Shown here: positions 39,921 to 51,366 of the stretch, one piece after another
Layout: each line of letters opens with the position of its first letter
Numbering within the stretch: the first letter of the stretch is position 1
Origin: an uncultured delta proteobacterium
Lineage (GTDB): Bacteria > Desulfobacterota > Binatia > Binatales > Binataceae
NCBI GenBank assembly: GCA_963832395.1
Contig: CAWHTV010000002.1
Coordinates: forward strand, 556,343-620,342
DNA length: 64,000 bases
Direction: 5' to 3'
Position numbers and translations under genes: made by a program
Notes under the pieces: generated by a model
What the model saw: the letters and a program-made list of their open reading frames with translations, nothing else
Databases searched by the model: none
Told to the model about the DNA's origin: nothing

Positions 39921-39980
39921 AAGCGATCTTTTTAGCGATCCTGCAAGAGATTTTGTTCGCGATTTTGTAAGAAGAACTAG
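39921..39980. repeat. Degenerate 12-nt tandem repeat (4-5 copies) in a convergent intergenic spacer
   Basis: The copies are aagcgatctttt / tagcgatcctgc / aagagattttgt / tcgcgattttgt / aagaagaactag. The array lies between the kinase stop (39900) and the metH stop (39977). Confidence 0.5.
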
Positions 39981-42900
39981 CGGGACGCGATCGCGCGCGG
40001 CGGGGGAACCGGCGCGGGGCTCTGCTCGCGCTCGAGCGCCTCGATATCGGCGGCGGAGAGGCTGAAGTAACGCGCTTCCGGATGATGAAAAACCATCGCG
40101 CTCACCGCGCTCTCGGGATCCATCATGTAGCCCTCGGTCAGTTTCAGACCAATCGAATGCTTCTCGACCTCGAGCAGGCGGAACAGCTTCTGCTGGTCCT
40201 CCAGGCGCGGACAGGCCGGGTATCCGAATGAAAACCGCTTGCCGTGATAGTGTGCCTGGTGCAGCTCCTTCATCGTGATCCCCGCCGGATCGCCGAACCC
40301 CCACATCTGGCGGATCTTCTGATGCAGCAGCTCGGCGAAGGCCTCGGCCCCCTCCAGCGCCAGTATTTGCAGGATATGCGAACGCAAGTACTCGCCGCGG
40401 TCCTTCCATTCCTCGGCCAGCGCGCGAACGCCTTCGCCGATCGTGGTCACGAACATGCACAGGTAATCGGTTCTGCCGGATGAGCGCGACGCGACATAAT
40501 CGGCAAGGCACAGTCCGGGCTCGTCGCTCTGGCGGCCGAAGATCAGACTCTCGAGCACCGTCTTGCCGTCGGAAGAATAGATCATCACGGTGCGGTCGCC
40601 GTCGGAGCGGGCGGGAAAGAAGCGGTAAACCGCGTTGGCCCTGATATCGGTGCGCCCCAACATCACCTCTTCGACCGCCGCAACCGCCGCGCTCAATTCC
40701 GTGGCACGTGGGTCACGGCCGGCCAGGGCCGACTCGTAGTTGCGCAGCCCCAGGTGGCGCGTATAGAGCATCACCGGATTGATGTAGCGGAAGACCTCGC
40801 CCAGGTCGTAGCCGCGCACGACGTGCGGCTTCAAGTCCGGCGGCAGCGGGAATTTCGACGTCCTGACGCACGGTGGACGCGCGCCGGCCGGCGAGCGGCG
40901 CGGGCGCCGCCGGCTTCACCGCGCTCGCGCGCATCCTTTGCGTCTCGGCCTCCAGCCTCCGGCAGAGCGCGGCGCGCCGCTCCTCGTCCATCAACTGGTT
41001 GGCGAGGTCCAGCCCTTCCATCGCGTCGTTGGCGTAAGCGACCGGTCCGTCGTACTCGGGCGCGATCTTCATCCGGGTGAAGCGCGCCGAGAGCGCCGCG
41101 CCGCCGACCAGGATCGGGCATCCGATGCCCGCGCTCTTCAAGTCCTGCGCCGTCGCCACCATCATCTGCGCCGACTTCACCAGCAGGCCGGAGAGCCCGA
41201 TCGCGTCGGGCCGATGCTCGTTGTAGGCCTTGATCAACTCTTCGGGCGGCACCTTGATGCCGAGGTTGACGACCCGGTAGCCGTTGTTGCTCAGGATGAT
41301 GTCGACCAGGTTCTTGCCGATGTCGTGGACGTCGCCCTTCACCGTCGCGAGCACGATGGTGCCGCGGCTCGCGCTGTCGGCCTTCTCCATGTGCGGTTCG
41401 AGATGGGCGACCGCGGCCTTCATCGCCTCGGCCGATTGCAGCACCTCGGCCACGATCATCTGGTTGGAATTGAACAGCCGCCCGACTTCGTCCATCCCCT
41501 TCATCAACGGGCCGTTGATGATCTCCAGCGCCGAGCGCGCGCCGAGCGCCTCGTCGAGGTCCTCGATGAGCCCTTCCTTGGAACCCTCCAGGATGTAGAG
41601 TCCGAGCCGCTCATCCAGCGGCAACGAACGCCGTTGCTCGACGTTGGGCTTGGCCTTGCGCGAGCGGAAGTAGCCGGCGAAGGCCGCAATCGGATCGTCG
41701 CCGCGCCACCAGATCAGGTCCTCGGCCAGGCGGCGTTCCTCTTCGGGCACCGAGTGGTAGCGCTCGAGCTTCTCGGAGTTGACGATCGCGAGGTCCAGCC
41801 CGGCCTGCACGCAGTGATAGAGCATCACCGAGTTCAGCACCTCGCGCCCCGCCTCGGGCAGGCCGAAGGAGACGTTGGAGATGCCGAGCACGGTCTTGCA
41901 GCGCGGCAACGCGGCCTTGATGAGCGCGATGCCCTCGATAGTCTCGACGGCGGAGCCGATATAGTTGCGGTCGCCGGTGCCGACCGGAAAGACCAGCGGA
42001 TCGAAGATGATGTCCTCGGGCTCGACGCCGTAGCTTTCGGTCAGAATCTTGAACGAGCGCTCGGCGATCGCGAGCTTGCGCGCGCGCGTGATCGCCTGCG
42101 CCTGCTGCTTGTCCTCGTCGATACAGCCGACCACCAGCGCCGCGCCGTAGCTGCGCGCGAGCGGCACCACGCGCTGGAAACGTTCCTCGCCGTCCTCGAG
42201 GTTGATCGAGTTGATGATCGACTTGCCCGGCGCGCGCTTGAGCGCCTCTTCGAGCGCGACCGCGTCGGTCGAATCGATCATCAGCGGAACTTTTACCTTC
42301 TTGACCTCGATTTCGAGGAACCCGGTCAGGTCGGCGATCTCGTTGCGATCGGGATCCTGCAAGCAGACGTCGAGCACGTGGGCGCCGCGGCGCACCTGCA
42401 GGCGGCCAATCTCGGCCGCCTCCTCCAGCTTGCCCTCGGCGATCAGCCGCTTGAACTTGCGGCTCCCGAGCACGTTGGTGCGCTCGCCGACGATCACCGG
42501 GCGCGTGTTGTCGTCGATCACCAGCGCCTCGATTCCCGACACCACCGAACGGCGCAGGCTCGAAGGCTTGCGCGGCCGCTTGCCCTCGGCCATCCGCGCC
42601 AGCATCCGGATGTGCTCGGGCGTGGTCCCGCAGCATCCGCCGATCAGGTTGACCCATCCGGCGTCGACGAAGCGCTCGAGCTTGCGCGCCAGCGATTCGG
42701 CCGATTCGTTGTAATGGCCCTCCTCGTCGGGCAGGCCCGCGTTCGGCACGCAGGCGACGTCGAAGCGGCAGATCTCCGCGAGCGTGCGCAGATGGTCGGT
42801 CATGAAGTCGGGGCCGGTCGCGCAGTTAAGGCCCATCCAGATGAGCCCGCGATTGGCGAGCGAGGTGTAAAAGGCCTCGATATCCTGCCCCGCCAGCAGC

Positions 42901-43517
42901 GTGCCCATCGTCTCGATGGTGCCCGAGACCGCGATCGCGACCTCGATGCCGGTCTTCGCGATCGCGCGCTCGATTCCGACCAGGCCGGCCTTGCAGTTGA
43001 GCGTGTCCTGCACGGTCTCCAGCAGCAGCAGGTCGACGCCGCCCTCGATCAGTCCCTCGGCCTGCTCCTGGTAGGCGTCCGCGAGTTCGTCGAAGGTGAT
43101 GCCGCCGGTGACCGAGATGGCCTTGGTCGTCGGCCCCATCGAGCCCGCTACGAAGCGCGGCCGCTTGGGCGTGCTGGCGGCGTCGGCGGCCGCGCGCGCG
43201 ATCGAGCCGGCCAGGCGATTCATCTCGCGCGCATGTTCGGCCAGTCCATACTCGGCCAGCACGACGGAAGCGGCGCCGAAGGTGTTAGTCTCGATGATAT
43301 CGGCGCCGGCGTCGAGAAAGCTGTCGTGCAGCTCGCGGATCTTGTCAGGGCGCGTGCGGATCAGGTTCTCGTTGCAGCCCTCGAGCTGCGGGCCGCCGAA
43401 GTCGGCCGCGCTCAGATGCATGTTCTGGATGGAGGTCCCTGCGGCGCCGTCGATAATGACGATCCGCGCGGCCAGCAACTCGCGCAAAAGCCCGATTCGA
43501 TCCAAAGTGCTTTTCAT
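39977..43517 (-). CDS. metH: Cobalamin-dependent methionine synthase; 1 frame break near 40845
   Basis: The start is ATG 43517 (MKSTLDRIGLLRELL..IIDGAAGTSIQ). It has the Hcy and pterin barrels, a B12 domain with GDVHDIGKN, and the AdoMet-activation domain in ORF 39977-40834. Confidence 0.9.
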
Positions 43518-43780
43518 GCTCAACAGAAGAGGCCCTGCGGCCTCGGCATTCAGCTTATCCGACTGACACGTGACGGGCAATTTCGACCGACGCGATAGAC
43601 GAATGTTTTGTATTTACGCTGTAACTGCTGTAACGGATCGCTGAGCTGCCGCAATTCGTCGCACGGGAGTAAACCGGCAGGGCGTGGCGCGGGGGGAACT
43701 TTGACGCGCCGGACCGGTTCACTAATGCTGGACGCGGCCGTGAGCGACGCGCAGCGCCGCCCAGCCAAGGAGAAACGACG

Positions 43781-44533
43781 ATGATCCCGGCCTGGCTCTC
43801 CACATTTGACGCGTTACTCGCTGTGCTACTGGTGTCAATCGGCGTGGCGGGAGCCCATATGGGCATCGTCTCGCCGATGACCGGCTTTTTGGCCTTCCTG
43901 CTGAGCTTCGTAATCGCGATCCTGGCGCTGCTATTCGGACTGATAGGCCTCGCCCGCACTTCGGCCCCACAACGCCGGCCCGCGCGGCCCAAGGCCGTCC
44001 AAGGCATCGTGGTGGGCTTGCTCGTCGCCGTCCCGGTCGGGTTCACGATGTGGCGCTGGGTGTCGATGCCCTACCCGGAAATCAACGACATCACGACCGA
44101 CTACGACAACCCGCCGGCGTTCGTCCAACCGCCGGATATGTCAGCCGACTCGATGAAGTACGACCGCGCGAAGTTCCAGCCGGTCCAGAGTAAGGAGTAT
44201 CCGAAGCTCGATCCGCTACGCCTCGACGAGAAGCCCGACGACGCCTTCGCCAAAGTGAAAGCCGCGGCAAACACGATGCCGGGCTGGCTCATCGTCTACG
44301 TCGATCCGGCGACGCGCACGATCGAAGGAATCGAGACTTCCTACCTGTTCCGCTTTCGCGATGACTTCGTGATCCAGGTGCGGCCGGGGCCGGACGCGAA
44401 CAGCAGCCTGGTCGAGATGCGTTCGCGCTCGCGCGACGGCACCGGCGACTTTGGCGTGAATTACAAGCGCATCCGGGCGTTCTTCGCGATGCTGAAGCCG
44501 GGCGGCGACTCTGGCGCGGCGTCGCCGTCGTAG
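43781..44533 (+). CDS. DUF1499-family protein with an N-terminal multi-span membrane region
   Basis: The ORF is intact at 250 aa. The sequence reads INDITTDYDNPPAF...YLFRFRDDFVIQV...VEMRSRSRDGTGDFGVNYKRI. RBS AAGGAGA lies upstream. Confidence 0.65.
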   Translation: MIPAWLSTFDALLAVLLVSIGVAGAHMGIVSPMTGFLAFLLSFVIAILALLFGLIGLARTSAPQRRPARPKAVQGIVVGLLVAVPVGFTMWRWVSMPYPEINDITTDYDNPPAFVQPPDMSADSMKYDRAKFQPVQSKEYPKLDPLRLDEKPDDAFAKVKAAANTMPGWLIVYVDPATRTIEGIETSYLFRFRDDFVIQVRPGPDANSSLVEMRSRSRDGTGDFGVNYKRIRAFFAMLKPGGDSGAASPS

Positions 44534-44570
44534 CGTGTGCTCGGCGCGTTGCGCCTGATCTGCGTTTCCC

Positions 44571-45600
44571 CTACGGGCGTAGCGCACGCATCAGCCGGCG
44601 AACCGCCGTCTCGCGTGGTTCGTTGACCGGGTTGACGAACACGATCGCCGTGCCGATTCCCGGCGCGCATAGCTCGGCCAGCCGCTCGCGCACCCGCTCC
44701 TCGGACCCGACCAGCAGCGTCGCGTCGATCATCGCGTCGCTCACCGCCGCGAGCGCTCCGGCGGCCTCGCCGCGCGCCGCGCGAATCGCCGCGATCTCCC
44801 GCTCGAAGCCCGCCTTGGCCATCATGTTGCCGTAGAAACGCAGCGCCCCATAGCGCGAGAGCAGCGTGCGAGCGGGACGGCGTGCCGCCTCGAGATCGTC
44901 CGCGATGAACGCGGTCGCGAACAGCGCTGGCTCGACCGCGGCCGGGTTGCGCCCGGCCGCGCGCGCGCCTTCGGCAATCTCGCCCAGCGCTTCGCGCACG
45001 CGGGCCGGAGGAAAGAAATTGAAAATCACGCCGTCGGCGATCTCGCCCGCCATCCTCACCATCGGCCGCGACACGCCCGCCAGATAGAGCGGAAGCTTGC
45101 CACTGATTTTCGGTCCGGTGCCGCCGCCTTCGAGCATCTTGCGCAGCGTCGCGACCGTCTCGCGCATCTTCACCATCGGCTGCCCCATCTCGATCCCCAG
45201 CCGCGAGTTGCCTTCGCCGTGGCCGGTGCCGAGGCCCAGGATGAAGCGTCCGCCGGTGAACTGATGCACTGTCGCGGCCTCGTTGGCCAGCAGCGCCGGA
45301 TGGCGCAGGTAGATGTTGGTGATCGCGGTGCCGAGCCCGATGCGCCGCGTTTGCATCCCGAGCGCCAGTGAGCACGGCGAGCGAATCGTTGTTGGCCTCG
45401 GTCATGAAAGCCGCGGCATAGCCCATCTCTTCCGCGTCCCTGGTCCACTCGACGATCTTTTCGATCGGGCTGTCGGGCATCACCGAGAATGCAAGCGCCG
45501 TCCTCGCCATCGCGTACCATCCTTTCGGGTCTTCAATCGCGCACGGATCGATGAACCCGTAGACCGAATCTCCCCACCGCAACCGCTTGATCTCATCCAC
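44571..45600 (-). CDS. Luciferase-like monooxygenase (LLM) family oxidoreductase; 1 frame break near 45350
   Basis: The N-terminus comes from ORF 44461-45600 (EWTRDAEEMGYAAAFMTE). The core comes from ORF 44571-45356 (IGLGTAITNIYLRHPALLA...GRFILGLGTGH). Confidence 0.75.
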
Positions 45601-45639
45601 CGCCGGGCGCGATAAGAAGAACGGACGATTAAGAGCGCA

Positions 45640-46782
45640 ATGGACAATTACGATTTCATCGTCGTGGGCGGCGGCATCGCCGGCGCCTCAGCCGGATATG
45701 AACTGGCGGCGCACGGCCGCGTGCTGGTGCTCGAACGCGAGAGTCAGCCCGGCTACCACACTACCGGCCGCTCCGCGGCGCTCTTCGTCCAGACCCACGG
45801 GCCCTCGGTGATTCGCGCGCTCGCTCGGGGTGCTAAAAACTTTTTTCTCGACCCGCCCGCTGGATTCGCCGAGCATCCGTTGCTGACGGCGCGCGGGATG
45901 CTCCTCATCGGGCGCGCCGACCAGTCCGCATTGCTCGAACAGAGCTTCGCGCAATCGTCACGCCACGTCGCCGGGGTGCGGCGTCTTGACGTGAAAGAGG
46001 CGTGCGAGCTCGTGCCCTTGCTGAAGGAGGACTACCTTGTCGGGGCGGTGCTCGACCCCGAGGCGATGGACATGGACGTGCACGCCATCCATTGGGGTTT
46101 CATCCGCGGGATGCGCGCGCGCGGCGGCAAGCTCGCAACCAGCGCCGAGTTGCAGGGCCTGGAGCGCAACAGCGGCGACAAGGGCAGCAAATGGATCGCG
46201 CGGACGACGGCGGGCGACTTCGCCGCGCCGGTCGTGGTCAACGCGGCGGGCGCCTGGTGCGATAAGGTGGGCGCGATGGCTGGTGCAGGCGCAATCGGTC
46301 TGGTGCCGAAGCGGCGCACCGCATTTATTTTCGATCCGCCGGCGGGCGCCGAGATCGCGAAATGGCCCTCGGTGATCGACGTCGGCGAGGAATTCTATTT
46401 CAAGCCCGACGCCGGCAAGTTCCTCGGCTCGCCGGCCGACCAGACGCCGATGGAGCCGTGCGACGCGCAGCCAGACGACTTCGACGTCGCGCTCGCCGTC
46501 GACCGGATTCAGCGTGCGGCGCGAATTCCAGTCACGCATATCAGCCGCAAATGGGCGGGCCTGCGTTCGTTCGTCGCCGACGGATGCCCGGTGGTCGGCT
46601 ATGACCCACGCCTGGAGGGATTCTTCTGGCTGGCGGGCCAGGGCGGTTACGGAATCGAAACTTCGCCGTCGATGGGTCGGCTCACCGCGAGCCTCGCGCT
46701 GCGACGCGGCGTTCCCTCCGACCTTGCCGGGCAGGGCGTAACTGAAGGTGCAGTTTCACCGGCGCGTTTCGCACGCACATAG
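45640..46782 (+). CDS. FAD-dependent oxidoreductase (DAO / glycine-D-amino-acid oxidase family)
   Basis: The ORF is intact at 380 aa. The N-terminal motif is YDFIVVGGGIAGASAGYEL. Confidence 0.8.
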   Translation: MDNYDFIVVGGGIAGASAGYELAAHGRVLVLERESQPGYHTTGRSAALFVQTHGPSVIRALARGAKNFFLDPPAGFAEHPLLTARGMLLIGRADQSALLEQSFAQSSRHVAGVRRLDVKEACELVPLLKEDYLVGAVLDPEAMDMDVHAIHWGFIRGMRARGGKLATSAELQGLERNSGDKGSKWIARTTAGDFAAPVVVNAAGAWCDKVGAMAGAGAIGLVPKRRTAFIFDPPAGAEIAKWPSVIDVGEEFYFKPDAGKFLGSPADQTPMEPCDAQPDDFDVALAVDRIQRAARIPVTHISRKWAGLRSFVADGCPVVGYDPRLEGFFWLAGQGGYGIETSPSMGRLTASLALRRGVPSDLAGQGVTEGAVSPARFART

Positions 46783-46813
46783 GCTTCACAAGCGTTCTCG
46801 GGGCTTTTGAGCA

Positions 46814-48324
46814 ATGACCGACAATCGATGGGACCTTGTCATTCGCGGCGCGCGCATCTTCGACGGCACCGGCGCGGCGCCTTTCGTGGGCGACCTCGCG
46901 GTGCGCGGCGATCGAATCGCGGCGGTCGGCGAAGTCGAGGGCGCAGCCGTGCTCGCGCGCAGCCGTGCGAGATCGACGCCCGCGGGCTCGCGCTCGCGCC
47001 CGGCTTCATCGACGTCCACAGTCACGACGACTTCGCGGTGCTGACCACGCCCGCGATGGACTTCAAGCTGATGCAGGGTGTCACCACGGAAGTCGTTGGC
47101 AACTGCGGGATGGGTGCGGCGCCCTACAAAGCAGTGCGCGAACACTTCGGCATCTTCTTTGGCGACGCGGCGATGCCCGGATGGGAGGGTTATCGTGGCT
47201 ACCTCGAAGTGGTCGAGCGCGCGCCACCGAGCCTCAACGTCGCGATGTTGGTCGGGCACAACACCATCCGCGCCGCCGTGATGGGAATGGCGCGCCGCGC
47301 GCCCACACAGGACGAACAGCGCGCGATGCGTGCGTTGGTGCGCGAAGGGCTCGAAGCCGGCGCGGTGGGTTTCTCCACGGGGCTCATCTATGAACCAGGC
47401 CGCCACTGCGCAACCGAAGAGGTAATCGAGTTGGCTCGCGACGTGGCTGAGGCCGGCGGACTTTACGCGACTCACATGCGCAATGAGGCCTCGGGCCTGA
47501 TTGACGCAGTGCGCGAGGCGATCCGCATCGGCCGCGAGTCGGGCGCGCGCGTCCAAATCTCGCATCACAAGGCGGCGGGAAAGAGAAACTGGGGTCGCGT
47601 GCGGGAATCGATCAAACTTATCGAAGAGGCGCGCGCCGAGGGCCTCGACGTGACCGCGGATCAATATCCCTACACCTCGGGCAGCACGCTGCTGGCGGCG
47701 GTGCTGCACAACAACGTCTTCAACCCGCAGGGCGACCGCGGCGGAATCGCGCGAATCGAGCCCGAGCGCGTGCTGATCGCTTCCGCGCCGCTTCATCCGG
47801 AGTACGAGGGCCAGACCATCGCGGAACTCGCGGTCAGGCTCGATCTTTCGCCCGAGGACGCGGCGCGCAAAGTCGACTCCGACGAGCAGCATCACGCGAT
47901 TGCCATCCTCGACATGATGGACGAAGGCGACGTGCAAACCGTGATGCGCCATCCGACGACCATGATCGGCTCGGATGGAATTCCGCTGGGCGGCAAACCT
48001 CATCCGCGTCTGTACGGGACCTTTGCACGAGTGCTCGGCCACTACGCGCGGGAACTCGGCCTGCTCACGATGGAAGACGCCGTCCATCGCATGACCGGAA
48101 TGCCGGCGCAAAAGTTCGGCCTCGCGGACCGCGGCGTGCTGCGCGCCGGAGCCCACGCCGACCTGGTGATTTTCGATCCGGAGACGGTAATCGACACCGG
48201 AACTTTCAATGAGCCCAAGCGCTATCCGGCTGGAATCGCGCACGTCTTCGTCAATGGCGTCGCCGTGGTCGCAAACGGCCGGCATACGAACGCCCGCCCC
48301 GGCCAAGCGCTCCGCCGCGGCTAA
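46814..48324 (+). CDS. N-acyl-D-amino-acid deacylase (D-aminoacylase) family amidohydrolase; 1 frame break near 46960
   Basis: It reads MTDNRWDLVIRGARIFDGTGA..., then PGFIDVHSHDD, GVTTEVVGNCG, HMRNE, ISHHKA and MIGSDG. Confidence 0.8.
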
Positions 48325-48443
48325 GCGCGGCCCAGAAGGTGCGGCTCGATAGCTTCGCGGATGGCCGATGAATCGCACGAAAGCGGTGTCGCGCGGACGG
48401 GCCGCTCAGGCTAAGATGCTTACCCGGGTCGCGCAGGCCCGGA

Positions 48444-49070
48444 TTGCTCATGATCGCGATAGTCGACTACAAGGCGGGAAATCTCACCAGCGTGGCGCGG
48501 GCGCTCGAGCATCTCGGCCATAGCTGCGAGATTACCGATCGTCCCGAGCGCGTGCGCGCCGCCGAGCGCGCCATCCTGCCCGGCGTCGGCGCCGCGGGGG
48601 CCACGATGGAAAACCTGCGCGCGCTGGGGCTCGACGAGGTCCTGCGCAACGACGTCGTCCGCGCCGGCAAACCCTTCCTGGGCATCTGCATCGGAATCCA
48701 GGTGCTGCTCGAGCGGAGCGAGGAGGACGACGCCCGCTGTCTCGGAATTATCGCGGGGCGCGTGGCGCGCTTTCCGGCGGCGGTCGACGGACGCCCGCTG
48801 AAAGTCCCGCAAATCGGATGGAACCGCGTGCGCCAGACGCGGCCTCATCCGGTGTTTCGCGGCGTTCCCGACAACACTCACTTCTACTTCGTCAACTCCT
48901 ACTATCCGATCCCTGACGACCCGTCGCTGGTGATCGCGACCAGCGACCACGGCGTGCCGTTTTGCGCCGCGATCGCGCGCGACAATGTCGTCGCCACCCA
49001 GTTCCATCTCGAAAAAAGCGGCGCCGCGGGACTGCGCTTGCTCGACAACTTCTGCCGCCTCAAGCTCTAG
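48444..49070 (+). CDS. hisH: Imidazole glycerol phosphate synthase, glutamine amidotransferase subunit
   Basis: It reads [18 protein letters not shown]...PGVGA...[11 protein letters not shown]...NSYY...QFHLEKSG. The likely start is ATG 48450. Confidence 0.9.
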   Translation: MLMIAIVDYKAGNLTSVARALEHLGHSCEITDRPERVRAAERAILPGVGAAGATMENLRALGLDEVLRNDVVRAGKPFLGICIGIQVLLERSEEDDARCLGIIAGRVARFPAAVDGRPLKVPQIGWNRVRQTRPHPVFRGVPDNTHFYFVNSYYPIPDDPSLVIATSDHGVPFCAAIARDNVVATQFHLEKSGAAGLRLLDNFCRLKL

Positions 49071-49075
49071 CGCCG

Positions 49076-49893
49076 TGATCGCCAAACGCATCATCCCCTG
49101 CCTCGACGTGCGGGCGGGCCAGGTCACCAAGGGCATCCAGTTCCTGGACAACGCCGACGTCGGCGATCCGGTCGCGATGGCGCGTTACTATTATGAACAG
49201 GGCGCCGACGAGCTGGTGTTCTACGACATCACGGCCTCCAACGAGCGGCGCGGGATCATGATCGACGTGGTGCGCGCGGTGGCGCGCGAAATCTTCATCC
49301 CGTTCAGCGTCGGCGGCGGCTTGCGCACGCTCGAGGACATGCGCGCGGTGCTGCTGGCCGGCGCAGAGAAGGTCTCGATCGATTCGGGCGCGGTGCGCGA
49401 TCCGAGCCTGATTGCGGCCGGCGCGCGCGCCTTTGGCAGCCAGTGCGTCGTGCTCTCGATGCAGGTCAAGCGCACGGGCCGGGCGGGGCTGCCCTCGGGC
49501 CACGAGGTCATAATCGACGGCGGACGCACGCCCACCGGCCGCGACGCGCTCGAGTGGGCGCGCGAGGGCGAGCGGATGGGCGCCGGCGAACTGTGTATCA
49601 ACTCGATCGACGCCGACGGCACCAAGGCCGGCTACGATCTCGAAATAACCCGGATGATCGCGGACGGGGTGGGAATCCCGGTGATCGCCTCGGGCGGCGC
49701 GGGCGAGCCGCGCCATCTGCTCGACGCGTTTACCGCGGGTGGCGCCGACGCCGCCATCGTCGCCTCGATCGTCCACTACGGCGAATGCACGATTCCCGAC
49801 CTCAAGCGCTACTTGCGCGCGGGCGGAGTCGAAATTCGCGAGGCGATCCACCTGGACTTCCGCGACGAAGAAATGGAAAGGAGCGGCCCGTGA
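49076..49893 (+). CDS. hisF: Imidazole glycerol phosphate synthase, cyclase subunit
   Basis: The start is GTG 49076. The sequence reads [14 protein letters not shown]...[13 protein letters not shown]...PFSVGGGLR...[15 protein letters not shown]...PVIASGGAG. Confidence 0.9.
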
Positions 49894-50303
49894 AAATCGC
49901 GATGGTAGTGTCGGAGTTCAACTTTGACGTGACCTCCGCGATGGAGGAGCGGGCACGGCGCCACGCCGCCTTCCTCGGGGTCGAGGTGAGCCACGTGGTC
50001 CACGTTCCGGGCGTCTTCGACATGGGCCCGGCGATCAAGAAGCTGGTGCGCCGCAAGGACGTCGACGCGGTGGTGATAATCGGCACCGTGATCAAGGGCG
50101 ACACCGGGCACGACGAGATCGTCGCGCACGCCGCCGCGCGCGCCGCCGCCGACCTGGCGCTGCAGTTCGACAAGCCGGTCGCGCTCGGGATGACCGGGCC
50201 CGGGATGACCCGCGAACAGGCGCTCGACCGTATCGACAACGCGCGCAACGCGGTCGAGGCGGCGGTCCGGATGGTGCGCACGCTCAAGGAAATCGGGGAA
50301 TAG
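49890..50303 (+). CDS. ribH: 6,7-dimethyl-8-ribityllumazine synthase, archaeal-type short form
   Basis: The GTG at 49890 overlaps the hisF TGA and has GGAAAGGAG 7 nt upstream. The sequence ([99 protein letters not shown]) matches my recollection of archaeal DMRL synthases. Confidence 0.7.
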   Translation: MKIAMVVSEFNFDVTSAMEERARRHAAFLGVEVSHVVHVPGVFDMGPAIKKLVRRKDVDAVVIIGTVIKGDTGHDEIVAHAAARAAADLALQFDKPVALGMTGPGMTREQALDRIDNARNAVEAAVRMVRTLKEIGE

Positions 50304-50415
50304 CCGCGCATCGGGGCCAGGCGGTGCGCGAATGTCGGCCGCGTCTGGGCCGGCCCGGCAAATTCTGCTGACAGCCTCTCAACAGGGCGCTGTTAAAAGA
50401 TCGCCGTCGCTGGCG

Positions 50416-50444
50416 TTGAGACGCCGCGGACGAGTTTTTATACT
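50416..50444 (+). promoter_or_regulatory. Near-consensus sigma70-type promoter (TTGAGA-17 nt-TATACT)
   Basis: The -35 element lies at 50416-50421 and the -10 at 50439-50444. The predicted transcription start falls at about 50451, which is the GTG start of the next ORF. Confidence 0.4.
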
Positions 50445-50450
50445 CGGGCC

Positions 50451-51282
50451 GTGGTGGGGACGTTGGACGATGTGGCGGTGAGGCGCGCGCAAACTTTTTC
50501 GACGCGCGCGGCGGCGCGGATTCTCGCAATCTCGCCCGATCGGATTCGCTACTGGGTCAAACGCTCGCTGGTGCGGCCGCTCAAGGGCGGCCGCCAGATG
50601 CGTTTCGGCTTCGACGATCTGCTGGTGATGCGCCTGGCCAAGGAGTTGCTGCCCGACGCGCCATCATCTGGACCCGATGCGCCGATGCCTGGAACGGGTG
50701 CGCGGGATGTTCGGACCGGCGCGCCCGGTCACCTCGCTTAGGCTCGCCAACTACGACGGGCAAATCGTGGTGCGCGACGGCAACGTGATGGTCGAGGCGA
50801 TGAGCGGCCAGATACTGCTCAACTTCGGCGCGCCGCCCGCGCCGGGCAAGGTCGAGGAGCGTTTCGGCCCGGCCCGCGTGCGCGAGCGTTTCGAGGAGGC
50901 GCGCCGGCTGGCCGAGAGCGATCCGTTGCGCGCGCTCACGCTGTATAGCGAACTGCTGGGCCGCGAGCCGGGAAATTTCGAGGCTCATATCGATCTCGCC
51001 GGCCTGCTCGAACGCGAAGGCGATCTCGCCGGCGCGCTGCGTGCGTTGCTCGGCGCCGCGGCGATTGTTCCCACCAACGCCGACGTCCACACGCGCCTGG
51101 GCCTGCTCTATCGCCGCCGCGAGGACATGCAAAGCGCGCTCGGGAGCTTCCTGCGCGCGACCGAATGCGATCCGCTCTCGCTCGCGGCGCATCGCAATCT
51201 CGCCGAGCTGTACGAATCGATGGGCCGCAAGCGCGAGGCGCTGCGCCATCTCGGCATGGTCCATCGCCTGACCCGCGGCTAG
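50451..51282 (+). CDS. MerR-type HTH domain fused to TPR repeats; 1 frame break near 50660
   Basis: The N-terminus reads FSTRAAARILAISPDRIRYWVKRSLVRP...FGFDDLLVMRLAKELL. ORF 50677-51282 carries TPR-like helices (ALTLYSELLGREPGNFEAHIDLAGLLEREGDLAGALRAL...). Confidence 0.6.
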
Positions 51283-51366
51283 CCGCGGCCCTGCCCGCCG
51301 GCAGCATCGCTTCATGCCTCTAAGCCCGCGTTTGAACTGACCCGCGCGGCGGCGATAAGCTTCTCG

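Noticed and set aside
43518-43780. The 260-nt metH upstream region could be a cobalamin, SAH or SAM riboswitch.
   Set aside because: Reading the minus strand, I could not find a B12 box, the SAH-riboswitch core or S-box elements. I saw only a small GAGGCC-gcag-GGCCTC hairpin near the start codon. An Rfam scan would be decisive.
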